Part shown: positions 20,001 through 33,076 of the stretch, piece after piece
How the letters are laid out: the number at the start of each line of letters is the position of its first letter
Position numbering within the stretch: the stretch's first letter is position 1
Assembly (NCBI RefSeq): GCF_964355755.1
Contig: NC_092671.1
Coordinates: forward strand, 18,662,001 to 18,726,000
From: Antedon mediterranea
Lineage: Eukaryota > Animalia > Echinodermata
Length of the DNA stretch: 64,000 bases
Direction: 5' to 3'
Position numbers and translations under genes: made by a program
The notes under the pieces: model-generated
The model's database searches: none
Told to the model about the DNA's origin: nothing
What the model saw: only the letters and a program-made list of their open reading frames with translations

Positions 20001-23000
20001 TAATACTTATTTTGAGTGTGTTTTGTTAGTGCGGTGAATTTTAAAGTATTTTTATAAAGATCAACCTAATTCATGCTATTAAAAGCTCAGCTGATCCATT
20101 TTTCGGCAACCGGGTTTTCTCTACTGTCCGTTATCACGTGACGTATGCAATGAACATTGACATCATTTATTGTTCACAGAAAAGGTGTCACTTACTTTTT
20201 GTAAATTCTCCGCCGTCTAGAAGGCCCATCTTGCTGAGGTAGTCGGATGTTACAACAGAAAGGGCAATAGTGTCTCCGACTGCTTCATGAAATCCATGAT
20301 TTGCTCCCGCCCTGAACACCAGAGGCTGATCACGATATTGAAGGTAATATTCACAATGTCCCATTTCATGATGAACTGTATAAAAATCATCATAATCTAT
20401 CTGCGTACACATTTTTATCCTTAGAAACAAATCAAATAAAACAAATTATCTGGTATTTTAAAATAAAATAAAGTAGTTAGTTGTAAATGGTTGGAAGTAC
20501 TCAACTGGAATTATCTGTAGTTTTGGTGCTTTACATGCCATGTCTATAAAATATGCGTATTAATATTTCGTATGTTGGCTACGCAAACATGTTTTTATAG
20601 GAAAATACATTTTTAGAAATGTACATACTTCCTTACCCAGTATAATACCGTACACTAACTGTAGTGAGTTGTAAATTCTTTCCAACCTGCTTGTAGGATA
20701 ATCAGTCGGCTGGTTCATATTAATGACTGAGCAAGCGAAAATATCGTCCCTACGTAATGTAACTGACACATGCGCGTACACATACCTGACGTCATTTCCT
20801 TTCTGCATATCGTGAGCTGAACCATGACAGATCACTTCACGGTCTCTAGGCTTCACCAGCATCGACTTCTTCCAGAAAGACGAAGGCATTCCACGAAGAC
20901 CTAATGATGTGAAGAAGTTGTTTGCGATGTGGAACATTTGTAGAACCGTATAATCTTGTTCGCGCATGTTTGGTGTAATGTCTACACTTTCCAAATCTGG
21001 AAACGGTCGTACAATATCATAGATATTGTCCCATTGCTGAGCCCACATATTGCCTACAAAACATAATAAATCATAACCAAATTGAAAAGTTGGAGAATAC
21101 AAAGTTGCTATCAAAGCGTCGTTTCTGCTTTTGTATTGTTTGTAAACATTTTTAGTCGCGTCGACGCGACTCTTTAGTTCACTATGTCGGTCGGTCGGTC
21201 GGTCTGTCTGTCTGTCGGTCCAGTATCACTATGCGTTTTATCGCTTTCTGACCTTATCTTCAGTTTAATCTAGCTAAGTCAATTTTTCACAGTATATTCC
21301 TTATGGCCAGGAATTGATGTGGTTATGTTTTCACGGTGCGCAATAAAAAATTACGCGGTGTATGCACGATTTAACAAAATCACGTTTGTAATCATATCTT
21401 CAAAACCATGAATCACAATTAAATAAAATTTGGTACTCATAAATTTCAGGGCATAAATCATCATTATGGCAATACAATTACGTGCGTAGCGCATGTAACG
21501 CATGCGTACGCGCGCTTAAAATTTTCAAAATTTATTTTCGTTGAAATAAGAGTACGTTTCAGGCAATTTTAAGCGTTTACAAAATTGCCATGACTGCGCA
21601 GATGTTTGCGCGCGCACTGCGCGTTAAATGTTATTGCGCACTCTTTTTGCCCGATTTCTGTTTTCTTGACTAACTTTTCAACTCGAAATTACGTTATACG
21701 ATCACGTCAAAAGTGACAGGCTATGCACGTGTAAATTAAAAAAATAACACTAATGAGCACGCGACTGCAGCCATCTATATGGCCTTGTTTGTTTGTGAAC
21801 AACTTTTAGATGGATGCTGAATAAACGATTTATAGTCCCAATGTATTTAGGTTGTTCCCACGTAGGATCCAGCGCAATGACATACACGCGACGCATACGA
21901 TGGCACTTTGGAACTGCAACTTTTGATTGGTGAAATTACTAGTTAGTTGCGTCATAGTTGGAACCAAGCATAGGCCTATGACATTAATAATAATAATAAT
22001 AATAATGTGTGGTCGATGACTTCGTATAAAGTTTAATTAGAACGAATAATTATGTATTGTTGCATATTCTACTGTATATTTTTTTGTTGTCAATTAAGTA
22101 ATTGCTATAACCTGAAAGCCAACATTGTCCTGATTCCATTGTAATAAGCATAATTAAAGTGACTCTGTATACTGTAATTGTTTTTCACCATGACCTTACG
22201 TTGCTGCATTTTATGTAAAATACTTTGTGCCGTATCAAACTCCATAGAGTTGCAAGATAAATTTGCTGATCTTATCCCACCGACTAGATTTGGTTGTAAT
22301 GGAAGGAATTTAAGAAATAAAAACAAAATTACCAAACTAGTCACTTAAACAGCAAGATATGCTAATAGTCTACCTTTCTTTTTATTGAATTCTTAATTTT
22401 ACCGTCCATGACAACTTGCGACGATGCTCCTTTTAAACTTTTGATGTGTTTTTTTTTTTTTCCCCTTTTTAATGCGGTTTTTATTCTTACACGTTTTGAT
22501 ATTTTTTTTTACATGTTTTTACACGTAATTTGGCCACTTGGCCACGAGATATCAGTCAGTGTATTTGAAATAAAGAGAATATACATCTAGGCATATTCAT
22601 GTACTTTTAAATCACTCAAAATGATAAAGCATGTGCCTATTCAAAATGTTAAATTACTTTTATGCAGCTTGAATCTTGCGTCAGTAGAATTTTAGAAGAC
22701 ATTATTGCTCATTGTGAAGATTATAAAACTAATTATAACTGCATTAGTATGAACGCATGGAGTATGATGACTGTGATGTCGGTGTTTTTGTTATTTCATC
22801 AACCGTTCAATGTACAGGTACACGGTCTCTGCTGTCCTGTATCTGGCTCGAACGTATTCCCCAACGGCATCCTAACATTGTTTAACCGAAATGTTAGGTA
22901 ATAATCTGATTATTATGGTCTATTATATTCCCTAGAGATTCTAATCTCACAGCTCTTTAAGACTAATAAATCGAATCATTATGTTAATGATTGTGAAATA

Positions 23001-26000
23001 TATCATGATATACGAAATGAATCATGCATCTTAAAGCATGACATTAACATAATAATATCTACTGACATGACTGCAACTAATACATTTTATCAAGATTCAA
23101 TGTTATTAGTTTATATTATTGTTTTATTTTTCAGTTAATTCTATTGGATATCGCGTCATTTATTATTTGTTAACAGGCCTACTAAAGCTATCAAATTCTA
23201 AAGGTAATCCATGCCCTCGTCAACAGTGATCGATTCGGTTAAATTTAATCTCCAACGATGAGTTTTCCAACTAACAGATATGATTACCTAAGTACAGTCC
23301 TAATAGATTAACTAATTGTATTTTTGAACAATACCGTAACCACATATCATAGAGAACGATGACAATAATATCGAGTTTTAATAAAAGTGTAATTTCCACT
23401 AATTGCATGAACCGTTAATTACTGGCATAAATACATAGAATTCAGAAATAGTTAATTATAATCTTATTTATCCTATCATACGAAATTGATATTAGGTGCT
23501 AGATGTTGATTGATTTGATGTTTAAGGTCGTTTGTTTAACAATATTGAGTGTAGTGCTATGAAATTATATTATTTTCTTCTTTTTTTATTGAAACATTTA
23601 CTCGATGTTGAATGTATTTAATCACACTGCTTTTTAAAAGATTTACCATTCATTTCCTGAAAAGGAAGACTATTATATCTCAAGGTAGAAAATGTTGGTT
23701 TAGGGCTATACAATTATATCGTCTTATACTGAAACAACCGTAATAATTCTAAAGACATTTCGCTGCGATTACTGTTGACATTAGTTAACGATACGGTTTT
23801 TCATTTATATTCTAAAAGGAAAACTACATTTCAAGAAATGTATCGTCATAGAATAGAAAATTTAAAATAGGTTCTATTATTATTGTAACAACTGGAGAAA
23901 GACATTAACAGTACCGGTAGTCTGCCATTGATCATCTGAAAACATGTTTTTATATTTTGAAATGTTTCTTATTGTTAAACTTGGAGAGCATTCAGTTTCA
24001 GTAATTGTATGACTGGCGTAAATTACAAGCAAAGGCCATGAATGTTTCAATTTACGAACGAATTTACGTTAGGCTATTACTTCTATTTTATTCTACAATG
24101 TATTATTCGTTGGATATGGCATGATTGACTGACAATATCCGTTACACAATCTTGAACATTTAACTCATCTCATTTTAGAAAGAAATAGTTATGTGATTGA
24201 TTTAATTGTCAATAGCATTTAGATTCGTGATTTATTGGCAATTTTATGAACTAGAAGAACCATAATACAATTTAAAACGATTCACATTTACTTGGCTTTA
24301 TAGTTTGAAAGGGAGTGATGCTGTTGTGAAATCAGGGTTTAAGTGTTCGAATAAACCTGATGTACGCCGCAACATTGTAAGGTGCATTTCATGATTCGTA
24401 AAAGCTTACAAGTGAAATATTACCGTAAATTATTAAGTGATGTAGTCACTTTGACTTTACTAGGGGAGTTTCCATAGTAATCCTAGAAATCAAATAGCAA
24501 TAATGCGACCATTACAAAAGGTTTATGTTACTGCAAGTATAATTCTAACTTATCATTTGAGAGTAGTGAAGTTGAGATACACTTAGGCACGATTACGTAT
24601 TATAAAATACATAAATCAATGCAAGATTATGCAGAGGTCTCTACTTAGCCTATACAGTGTATGTGTGAAAATTTCAGTAGATGAGAGCTTAACGAAAACA
24701 AAAGGTTGTCGCTCATGCGATAGAAATTTACTATACAGAACGAATTATTGCGTTCAATACTATGCTATACAATTAGTCCATATCATTTATATTTTTATAA
24801 CATTTTTAATACAGAATAAAAACAGTTTTTAAGATGCACCTTAATTGTCATGTTTTAAATATCTTTATATTACCCGAGACTGCATACTTTTACATATGAA
24901 CTGTCTTGTCTGTGTCTTTATAGGTGTTATGTTTTTAAAAAGTACTCATTATCTTAGTAGTGAATAGGTTCTTACCTAAAAGATGTGCGGGAATTGGCCC
25001 AGTAGCGCTTACACGATCCTGGTACCTGTCTTGAAGCTTTCGCCTTACGTACGCATGTAGATGTCTATATAAAGGTTTTATTTCTTCAAATAATTCATCT
25101 AAAATGGCTTCAAAGTCCTCCTCTTCGTAATTTTCCAACCAAACATCACTTTCATCATTATGACCTGTGTAAAACAAACTTATTATAAATGTTGAGTCAA
25201 GAACCTTTATGTTCATATATCTATTTCAACACAGGCCGTAACTCTCCTACTACTGTAGGTCTACGCTAATCCTATCCACCATGTGGGCCTAATTGGATAC
25301 GTATTGTTTAAAAATATTACTAAATTAAGAAACATTATCGAATTTTCCTAAATGTATTATAAAAAAAAGTATGTTCTCTGCTTTTTTTTTGTAAACGTTA
25401 ATTTATGTCAATGTGCGTCATTATGTAGTATTTCAAAACTAAGGTATTGTACAAATCTGTTGCAATTGCATCCTAAATGTCTTTAATGATATCTCAGACA
25501 TATAAATTATATCGTAAAGTTTCCAAAAGGCGAGCATAATTTTAAATGTTAATCAGCACTTTAAGGATAACTAAAAAAGGATGTACAAAGTTGATTGTGT
25601 AATATGCATCTGCATTATCTTTTGGACTATACAATGGTCTATAAAAAATGCGTATTCAGACGAAAATATATACAGTGGTGACAAAAGTACAAAACGTGTA
25701 ATATTTACTTCGTGGTCATTGATTTTCGGAAAACAACTGAGCCATAACAAAATTCCCATGGTAAGTTAATTTGGTTTAGTCATCCTGAATTTCTTTACAT
25801 TAATTGTAGAGAAATATATATGATAATATGTGGCAACATCTTCTTCTTCATCTGAGAACTCTTCTTCGTCTGAAGGTCTAGTCAAAGAACCTTTAAAATC
25901 TCAATTTCAAAGTTAATGGAGCGGAGCGTACAAACAAAAGAGAAAAGAACACTTGCGTCCAGTTCTACCTAATTTTAAACAATCTTACCCGTATTTCGTG

Positions 26001-29000
26001 CTGCTATATTTCTAAGTTCAACGTATTGTGGATACAGTTCACCAATAGGTGGGCCAACTGCATCTCTCCATCCTTTCCAGGCCCATAATAATTCGTCGTA
26101 ATCACGAGAATCAGCCATTATACTTTCCAGATCTGGCTCCAATGACAAACACTCAGTACTAGGTGGGTCACGGCAAACTTTAGCCTGGGCAAATATTGAT
26201 AACATCTCAGTTGTAATAGCATTGTATCGTCTGAATTTTATAAAAAGAAACAATCATTTTTATATTCTTTTTAGACATATTTATTACTGGGATAATAGGC
26301 CTAATTCTCCAAACCCAAAGTCATCAGTAATAGTTTCTCAAAGGTTTGTTTGCACGTTTGCAACAAACACCATGTCGGCGGCACAACCCAATGTGAAAAT
26401 GTTATTGGTAAGACACAAACAAAGCTGTTACTGCGCTATACAAATCTAAAACACGTACGCCTGAAACATTATCTCTTGTCAGAAAATAGTACGATTTTCC
26501 TACCTAACTTGTTGATCATCGCGAAGTTCCCCGCCTTGCAGCAATAGTTGAAACATTCTTTTGATCTTATAACTGAAATTTTCTGTGTTGAACTTTCTCG
26601 CTCGTTTTTTAACTTCAGTATCCCAGTCGTGGAGCTCTAATGAGATTGTATTCATAATCTATATCACAACAAATAACAATTAGTTATAATAATAATATTG
26701 AACTCATCACACGAATTACTTATCACAGTAAAGAATGTATTAAAATCTAAATCATTTTGGTTATTACTACAATTATAAATATGGCCTACTTGTTATGTAG
26801 GCCTAGAACCGTTATAAAACCTTTTTTTCATCTGTGTGCGTGTTTGAATGGGTCTAGAGTAATACCCATAAAATTCGCACATAAAGCCTGTTTTGCAGTT
26901 GCCGAATAAATACGCGCGTATTGAAACTGTCAACTTATGCGCATGTGTATTCATATTTCCATTTTCTAAATCTCTTTCTGATGAGATCTAGTTTGAATTC
27001 TAGTTTCTTTAGTAGCTCGATCAGTTTCTACCTTTCACTTAGCGAACCTTTGAACCAATTAAATCTCTATAAATGAGTTGTTCGCGCGAATCAAAAGCTT
27101 TAGCTTATACGCATGCGTATTTTCACACTTTCCTCTTCCAAATCCTTTTCTGCGACGAATTCTAGTTCCTTGAGTACGAAGTTTCTACTTTTTGCAAAGC
27201 GAAACATCTGCAGAAATTAAAAATAAGTTACGATACTATCTATTTTCGAAGTATGGTAGGGATAGTTATTAATACAGCATCACATGTGGTGCCTGTATCA
27301 TGTAAGGTTAGGTTACCAAATATTCCTATGATACTTCAGAAATAGATACAGTATCGATAATCGGCTGTAATGACAGCTTATATTGATTACCGTAGCTGAT
27401 CGCTCTTGTAGTGGAAAAACGCAGTGCGATTTTTTCTCTACGAAACATTGGATTCGCGCGAACTTTCAGTCTACTGAAAACAGGCTTCAGATTCTATCAA
27501 TTCGCCCAGTGGTACACAACAAACGGTTTTTAAAATTTCTCTGCCACTATAATTACTAGCATCCTCACGTTGGTTTTTTTTTTGTCAAGAATCAGTGCAT
27601 TGGCTTATTTAAGAGAAAGGGATGTGATCCTAAGGAAATCTTAAACGACATGTTTTACAATACTCACTATAGAGTTGTGATCAGTCATGTTTGTTTCGTA
27701 ATTCCAATTAGCGATGGCTAATTCATTGTTTTTTTCAATTAACCTTGTATTCAGCTCCGCAAGCCATACTTTCGCTAATACTTCATTGTCAATACTACCG
27801 TCTAGAAAAAAAAAGTTAAAGCTTTTTTCAGTGATTTGTATGGTTTGATAACGACGTTAATGATAATATTTTTTTAGTTTTATTGGTGTAGATGGTAAAC
27901 AAAAGTTGCACAGAAATGTTAATTACAATTTAAAAAAAAAAAATTATAAAATATTTTTATTTTTTTTTAATAATATAAATACATTTTTAATATAATTATA
28001 CAAAACAATAAACAAATCATGATAAACATAACGTTGTCAGAAATAACTATAGTACTGTTACTATTAGATGACACTACAGTCTATAGGCCTATGAAAATCA
28101 TTACAAATCACATGTACAAATAAGAAAAATTTACTGTAATAGCAACAACTATCTTTGGTATGAGGTACTGTAAAATTCGTCAATATTCTCTTTTACATTT
28201 AAACAAAATCGTTGCCTTCTGCGAGTTATTGCAAAGTTTATGTTGAACATGAACAGATTTATTTTATTGAAAATGGTTTATTTAATGCACAGTGCAAAAA
28301 CAAGCTGTTCGTTAAAGGATTTACGTTGCATTCTCTATAAAAGTTCAATCATATAATGTCATGAAAAAAATTAAAACCACATAATGTATCTGCAAGCAGC
28401 AGCATCTTTAAAATCAATAATAACTCAAATAAATTCAGCAAATCGCAGAATTCTCATCATTTCAACTTTGTGACGTCATTCCGATCCAATTTCTCTTAAA
28501 GATTACATTAATTTATATTCTCTATAAACTCCTAATAACATAATTGCAAGGAATGGACATTAATGTTAATCAACTTTTTATATTTGATTACTTAATTTGG
28601 TTGAGATTAAGCTAATCTGGTCATACGTCACACCTTAGGGGATTCTAGCGTGCAATAATGGCATGGTCCAAGTCTTTATTAATAAAACAAATCTGAATTG
28701 CTTACATATGAATGAAGCCACTTTGTCAAATTAAATCTTCAGTCAAACGAACTAATAATTACAATGACTATCAGATTTAAACTATCTGAACGTACGTCAA
28801 AATATTGAAAGCTCTCATTCTGTCAAAAAGTTTAAATATGTAGGTTTATTTAGTACACTGAATAGATTAAGATTTACTAGACCATGGTGGAAAATAAATG
28901 AAAATAAATAGAATATATTTCAGGCTTATATAATGAACAGTTATTATAGACATCCACACAAATCAAGAATGGAATTTTTTGCAACGAAGCTTCGTATATT

Positions 29001-31645
29001 CTCTCCTAAAAAACGTACAATGATAAATGCCTTTTTCCCACAATAAAGCCGATTTTCATACATACTGCATTCATCTAACAATGGCGAATTTCTCCATGAA
29101 TTAACCATGTCCCGTATCACAGGCAAATTCTATATTAAAGGATCACATTTATCACATTTAACTTTTGTATAATACATTTATTCGTTTTATTTTGTAGTTT
29201 GTGATTTACTTCACCACATTTTTTTAGTGCAACTGTTTAAAGGACCAATACATTTATGTATTAGTGCCTAACACTCAACCGCCTCCCCAACAGAACTTAA
29301 ACCCTCCTTCAAATTACCCTGGAGTTTGTTTAATACAGGTATAGGCTATTTCAAAACAGTGAATTTCAACAGCACTGGTAGGCCTACTATACTATCTCGT
29401 ACGTATTTAAATAGGCAACAATTATAATGTTTACCACTCTTCCATGCGTTTATACTAATCTTAAACATAATATAAATAATCAGGGAAGAGACACTCTTCT
29501 CTGATATAATCTTTTCAAAATTCTAAATTGACTTTTTTTCTCAATTTCACCTCTCATTGCCGTGTACTTCTCAAAAGCTTGTCAAATCTCCCGTTTGTCA
29601 ATCTACTGCGTTTATTGCTTTTATGCACATTTTAGAAATTGCCTTCTTTTTATCAGAACAATTTGTATCTCATGACGACTTTACGTATGCTATGATTGAA
29701 AGTGGATTGTCATCTAACAAGGTCATGCTATAGTCTAGACTTGCGTACCATAATTCATATATATTTTCCTTTAGTGTCTTTTCCGTATTTGCAATAAAAG
29801 AAATAGTAACTAAGATTATAAAATGATTTCTGTAGGTTGAACAGGTAAGACGAAGGCTAAACTATGTAGTTAACGATTATTCATCCTTTCATGACATGTG
29901 GAAATTAACGGGGATTTTTTTACATTCGAGAAAACATAAGATGTCAAAAATGAATGTCACATTTGTAGTTAGATTTTCAGAAGTTGCTTATACAAATCTA
30001 TCCATATGCAAAATTGGTCCTTAATTCAGTCTTGTAAACGTAAACGTTGGTAAAATTATATTTAAAATATATACACTAGGTAATGTTTAGAAGCAAGACT
30101 ATACTTATTTATGTAATAAGAAAACGATGGCAATATGAATATGTTATACAGATCGATGCGACTGCATCACAGTGCCTTTACTACTTCAATAACATTATTG
30201 GATTGGAATTTGTTTTCAAGTACCTAGAAACCAGGTTTAGCAACAAGAAGAGTGAAGATGGAATAGTAGCAATAACAAAACCTACTGATACTGATATAAT
30301 AAATCAAATATGAACTTCTAAACGATTTAACGACATAGTGCATATAGCTACAAGGGTATTAGTCCGATCATTAAATCACCTAATACAACATTATCGGCTA
30401 TAATTAATATCTAAATTTAATCCATTCATAAAATCTGAATAAATCTCATGGGATTATTTATTATATCGATATCCCATTAAGGTGTCATTCACTTATGTAC
30501 GAGATGTGTTTAGTCCATCATGTTTGTATCTGTTTAAGGTGATGTCTCATGATAAAAGGCATTTTAAATTTAAAGATGTATTGTCTCCTAAAAACATGAA
30601 AAATGAAGATCAATAAAATCAAATTTTGAATAGGCGATTTTGTAGTTTTAATTAACTTAGTCATTTCCGCGGAAAAACAAACAAAAACAAATAATGTTTT
30701 CAATTATAAGAAGACAAAACAAACAGTTAAATTCAACCAAAACCCCCGGATTACAGTTTTTTAAGTAAAGTAACCTTTTCCGTTCCAATTTTGAGCAAAG
30801 TGAATATGGAAAATCAAAACTGAATATTTAACCCAAAAAAATGTGAAAAAAATGTTTTTTCAGAGTTAAAATATATCTTTAAAATGGTTTTGAAGACCTC
30901 TGTACAAGAATGAAAATTGCATAACTTTACTTTTCCAAATTTTCTAATGAATAAGTCAATCTGTTGCTAATATAGGCCTCGATATATCATAACAAAAATC
31001 GTATTATTATCAAAATTGTTTATATTTATTACCAATTTTAGTTTTTTAATGTAATGTTTAGTTGGGATTTGCGTAACCCTGTCCTTTTTACCTACTTCTG
31101 TTTGTTTTATTCTTGTCAATAACCATTGGGAAGGAAGTTCCTTTTCATTAATATTTAAATTCAAGCATTCCTGGATCAATGGTTTTCACCTTGCAGTAGC
31201 GGATCCAGAAACTGAGAAATAGGGAGTGGAGGACAGGTCTTATAGTATAATAGCATGAAGCCTAATAAATGATGAAATTAACTTAAATGTTTTATATAGC
31301 CTAGTTCATTGTTTTCAGAAAGTAAAATATAGAGGGGCTGGTTAATTCAAAACAAATAAATTGGTCACCGGTACTTTTCCAAGAAGTCTACTGAACAACA
31401 GTATTTAATATAGGCCTATTATTATCTATTTTTTTTCACGTGAGGGCCAGTAAAGTTGAGTGAAACCTCAAGTTGATATTTGATCGTTCCCATTATTTCG
31501 CCTTTTTACGATTGGTCGGCCTAGGCCTACTGTAACAAAATGATTACCTACCTTCTACTTCATTTTCTATATCAGCAGATACGTAATTGATTGAACATAT
31601 AATGCTCAGGACAAACAGCCAAACAGTCATTTTCCAGGTTTCCAT
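16874..31645 (-). CDS. ACE: Angiotensin-converting enzyme (peptidase M2), single catalytic domain, secreted; 11 coding exons, 610 aa
   Basis: Hand-spliced exons, all GT-AG and phase-compatible (1833 nt): 31645-31552, 27801-27668, 26658-26504, 26230-25989, 25164-24976, 21053-20786, 20419-20196, 19513-19369, 18099-18001, 17686-17564, 17033-16874. Motifs [43 protein letters not shown] (zinc ligands), [16 protein letters not shown]. Ends ..ETIGWE* with no TM. Confidence 0.95.
17564..17686 (-). CDS. ACE: ACE exon 10
   Basis: [40 protein letters not shown]. Confidence 0.93.
18001..18099 (-). CDS. ACE: ACE exon 9
   Basis: [32 protein letters not shown](R). Confidence 0.93.
18621..19188 (-). mobile_element. 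Second copy of the TTAA-flanked non-autonomous DNA transposon (ACE intron 8)
   Basis: Reverse-complement homology to 8923-9668, e.g. GTGCGGGCAAAACATTTCTATTGAT..CATTCCAATAATTATC..GGAGTCACCAGACATGTTAT. Confidence 0.6.
19369..19513 (-). CDS. ACE: ACE exon 8
   Basis: [47 protein letters not shown]. Confidence 0.93.
20196..20419 (-). CDS. ACE: ACE exon 7 (HEMGH zinc motif and third-ligand Glu)
   Basis: [38 protein letters not shown]. Confidence 0.95.
20786..21053 (-). CDS. ACE: ACE exon 6
   Basis: [42 protein letters not shown]. Confidence 0.93.
21149..21790 (+). mobile_element. Helentron-associated non-autonomous element (HINE/DINE-1-like)
   Basis: T-run insertion site, 5' palindrome AGTCGCGTCGACGCGACT, (GTCG/GTCT)n microsatellite, 3' sub-terminal inverted copy ACGCGACT and short terminal hairpin GCCAT..ATGGC before TTGTTT. 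Confidence 0.7.
24976..25164 (-). CDS. ACE: ACE exon 5
   Basis: [38 protein letters not shown]. Confidence 0.93.
25989..26230 (-). CDS. ACE: ACE exon 4
   Basis: [47 protein letters not shown]; GTAAGA donor. Confidence 0.93.
26504..26658 (-). CDS. ACE: ACE exon 3
   Basis: [51 protein letters not shown]; phases 0/2 fit the neighbours. Confidence 0.85.
26885..27486. mobile_element. Probable MITE with terminal inverted repeats (ACE intron 2)
   Basis: AGCCTGTTTT at the left end and AAAACAGGCT at the right end, each followed or preceded by CGCGCG; internal ~180-bp imperfect tandem duplication. Confidence 0.45.
27668..27801 (-). CDS. ACE: ACE exon 2
   Basis: [45 protein letters not shown]; TTCTAG acceptor, GTGAGT donor. 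Confidence 0.88.
31552..31645 (-). CDS. ACE: ACE coding exon 1 (signal peptide)
   Basis: [31 protein letters not shown]; a splice acceptor lies 6 nt before the ATG; phase-1 donor matches exon 2. Confidence 0.75.
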
Positions 31646-32879
31646 AGCGTTCTGCAAAATAAGAAAGCGTTCAGTTACTATGCAACGTGTAAACTAAGAA
31701 CACACTATCTCTAAACTTATTCTGGAGTGTTATACCATGTATTGTTGATGAAAGATATAGTAATGGAATATGGCTTCAATTAAAGCTTCTACGTGATTCC
31801 TTTGGCCAATCAAATCATAATCTATTAAAGACGTTTCGACGTCAAATCAAGTGAATTAAATCCAGATTCGACACTTAAAAGAAGTGATTGAAATTTATTC
31901 ATGATGACTTGGAAATACGTACAATTATCTGATTGTAAATATAAGAACTGCTGATCGACCATATAATATGTGTTGCGTATGAGGAAAAGTACATTGTGTA
32001 ACAGTAGTCTGTTTTGTTGCAAAATAGCCTGTAACTCATCCATCCTTAATCAACTTTAACAGCTTAGGCCTACATCAAAAATCTATTTAGATATAAAAAT
32101 CCTTTCTCTCAATGTTTCAAAATGGACGTAAACAGTTTTGCAAATGAGGTCTAAGGAATTGCAAACATACATATGTACATAATCTAGAGAGTAAATTATA
32201 TCTACACAAAAGCAAGCATTCACTTTACTGAAACATTGAAATTCGACATAATATGCTAAAATCGCCATCCGAAAAAACCCCTGGGAATCGTTTTATCTCT
32301 TCTCCTTGCTCTATAAAAAAATGAGTTAGTTTAAACTACTAAAAGAGTGACATCTAATTCGTTAATAGAATAGATGGAATAGAATCTATTCACCGTTGCA
32401 ATATCCATTTTAGGCATCCATCTGATTTTGGCACGCGTAGTTACTTTTCATCGCGCGTGCGTGCTTATGACGTCATAAAGTTTTATTTTTATCGTGATGT
32501 AGAATTCACATCATCGGATGTCTGAAGTTAAGAATGCGGTACTTAAGTACGTAAAATCAAGTACTCTTACAAATAGTGAAAGAGAGAGATAAGCGGTGAA
32601 CATAATAAGAGGTATTGCACTTTTCACACATGTTGATTCCAAATGTACATGTTTTTGATAAGAAAATGACAGCGATTGTAACACAAATCATAACCTTTCT
32701 AAATTTAGATTTGTTTCAGATTGGGCCAAATTTTTCCAACAGTCTAATTGAAATAAACAGGCCTAAGTATTCCTATTTTGTGTAAACATTGATTTTTAAA
32801 ATTAATTATATTTATATTCTTATTTTATTGTATAGTGTGTGTATAAATATTAATTTGTGCACCATCGAAGAACACCCCC

Positions 32880-33076
32880 CTTCACATGTAGGTATAGGTA
32901 AAGATCGATATTTCAGATATAACCATCAATGCAAACGCACGCATACACCCCACCACAGCACGCCATACATGTTCACCCAGATGGAACAGCCCCGGGAACA
33001 GCAAGTAACTCACACTAGGATTGAACTTTGTACCTAGATTGGATGACAAGTAAGTTAACCACCAAACTACAACTCC
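32880..33076 (-). mobile_element. Degenerate tRNA-derived SINE
   Basis: The minus strand starts GGAGTTGTAGTTTGGTGGTTAA (A-box-like) followed by GTTCAATCC (B-box-like), then a GC-richer body; no intact cloverleaf seen. Confidence 0.4.

Noticed and set aside
20560-21114. 184-aa ORF as a standalone gene
   Set aside because: It is ACE exon 6 plus read-through into the flanking introns; ACE similarity stops at the splice sites.
24463-24472. NF-kB consensus match GGGAGTTTCC in ACE intron 5
   Set aside because: A single degenerate 10-mer in 64 kb is expected by chance and has no supporting context.
33000-33076. tRNA gene
   Set aside because: A- and B-box-like motifs are present but the stems do not pair into a cloverleaf; treated as a SINE head. 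tRNAscan-SE would settle it.
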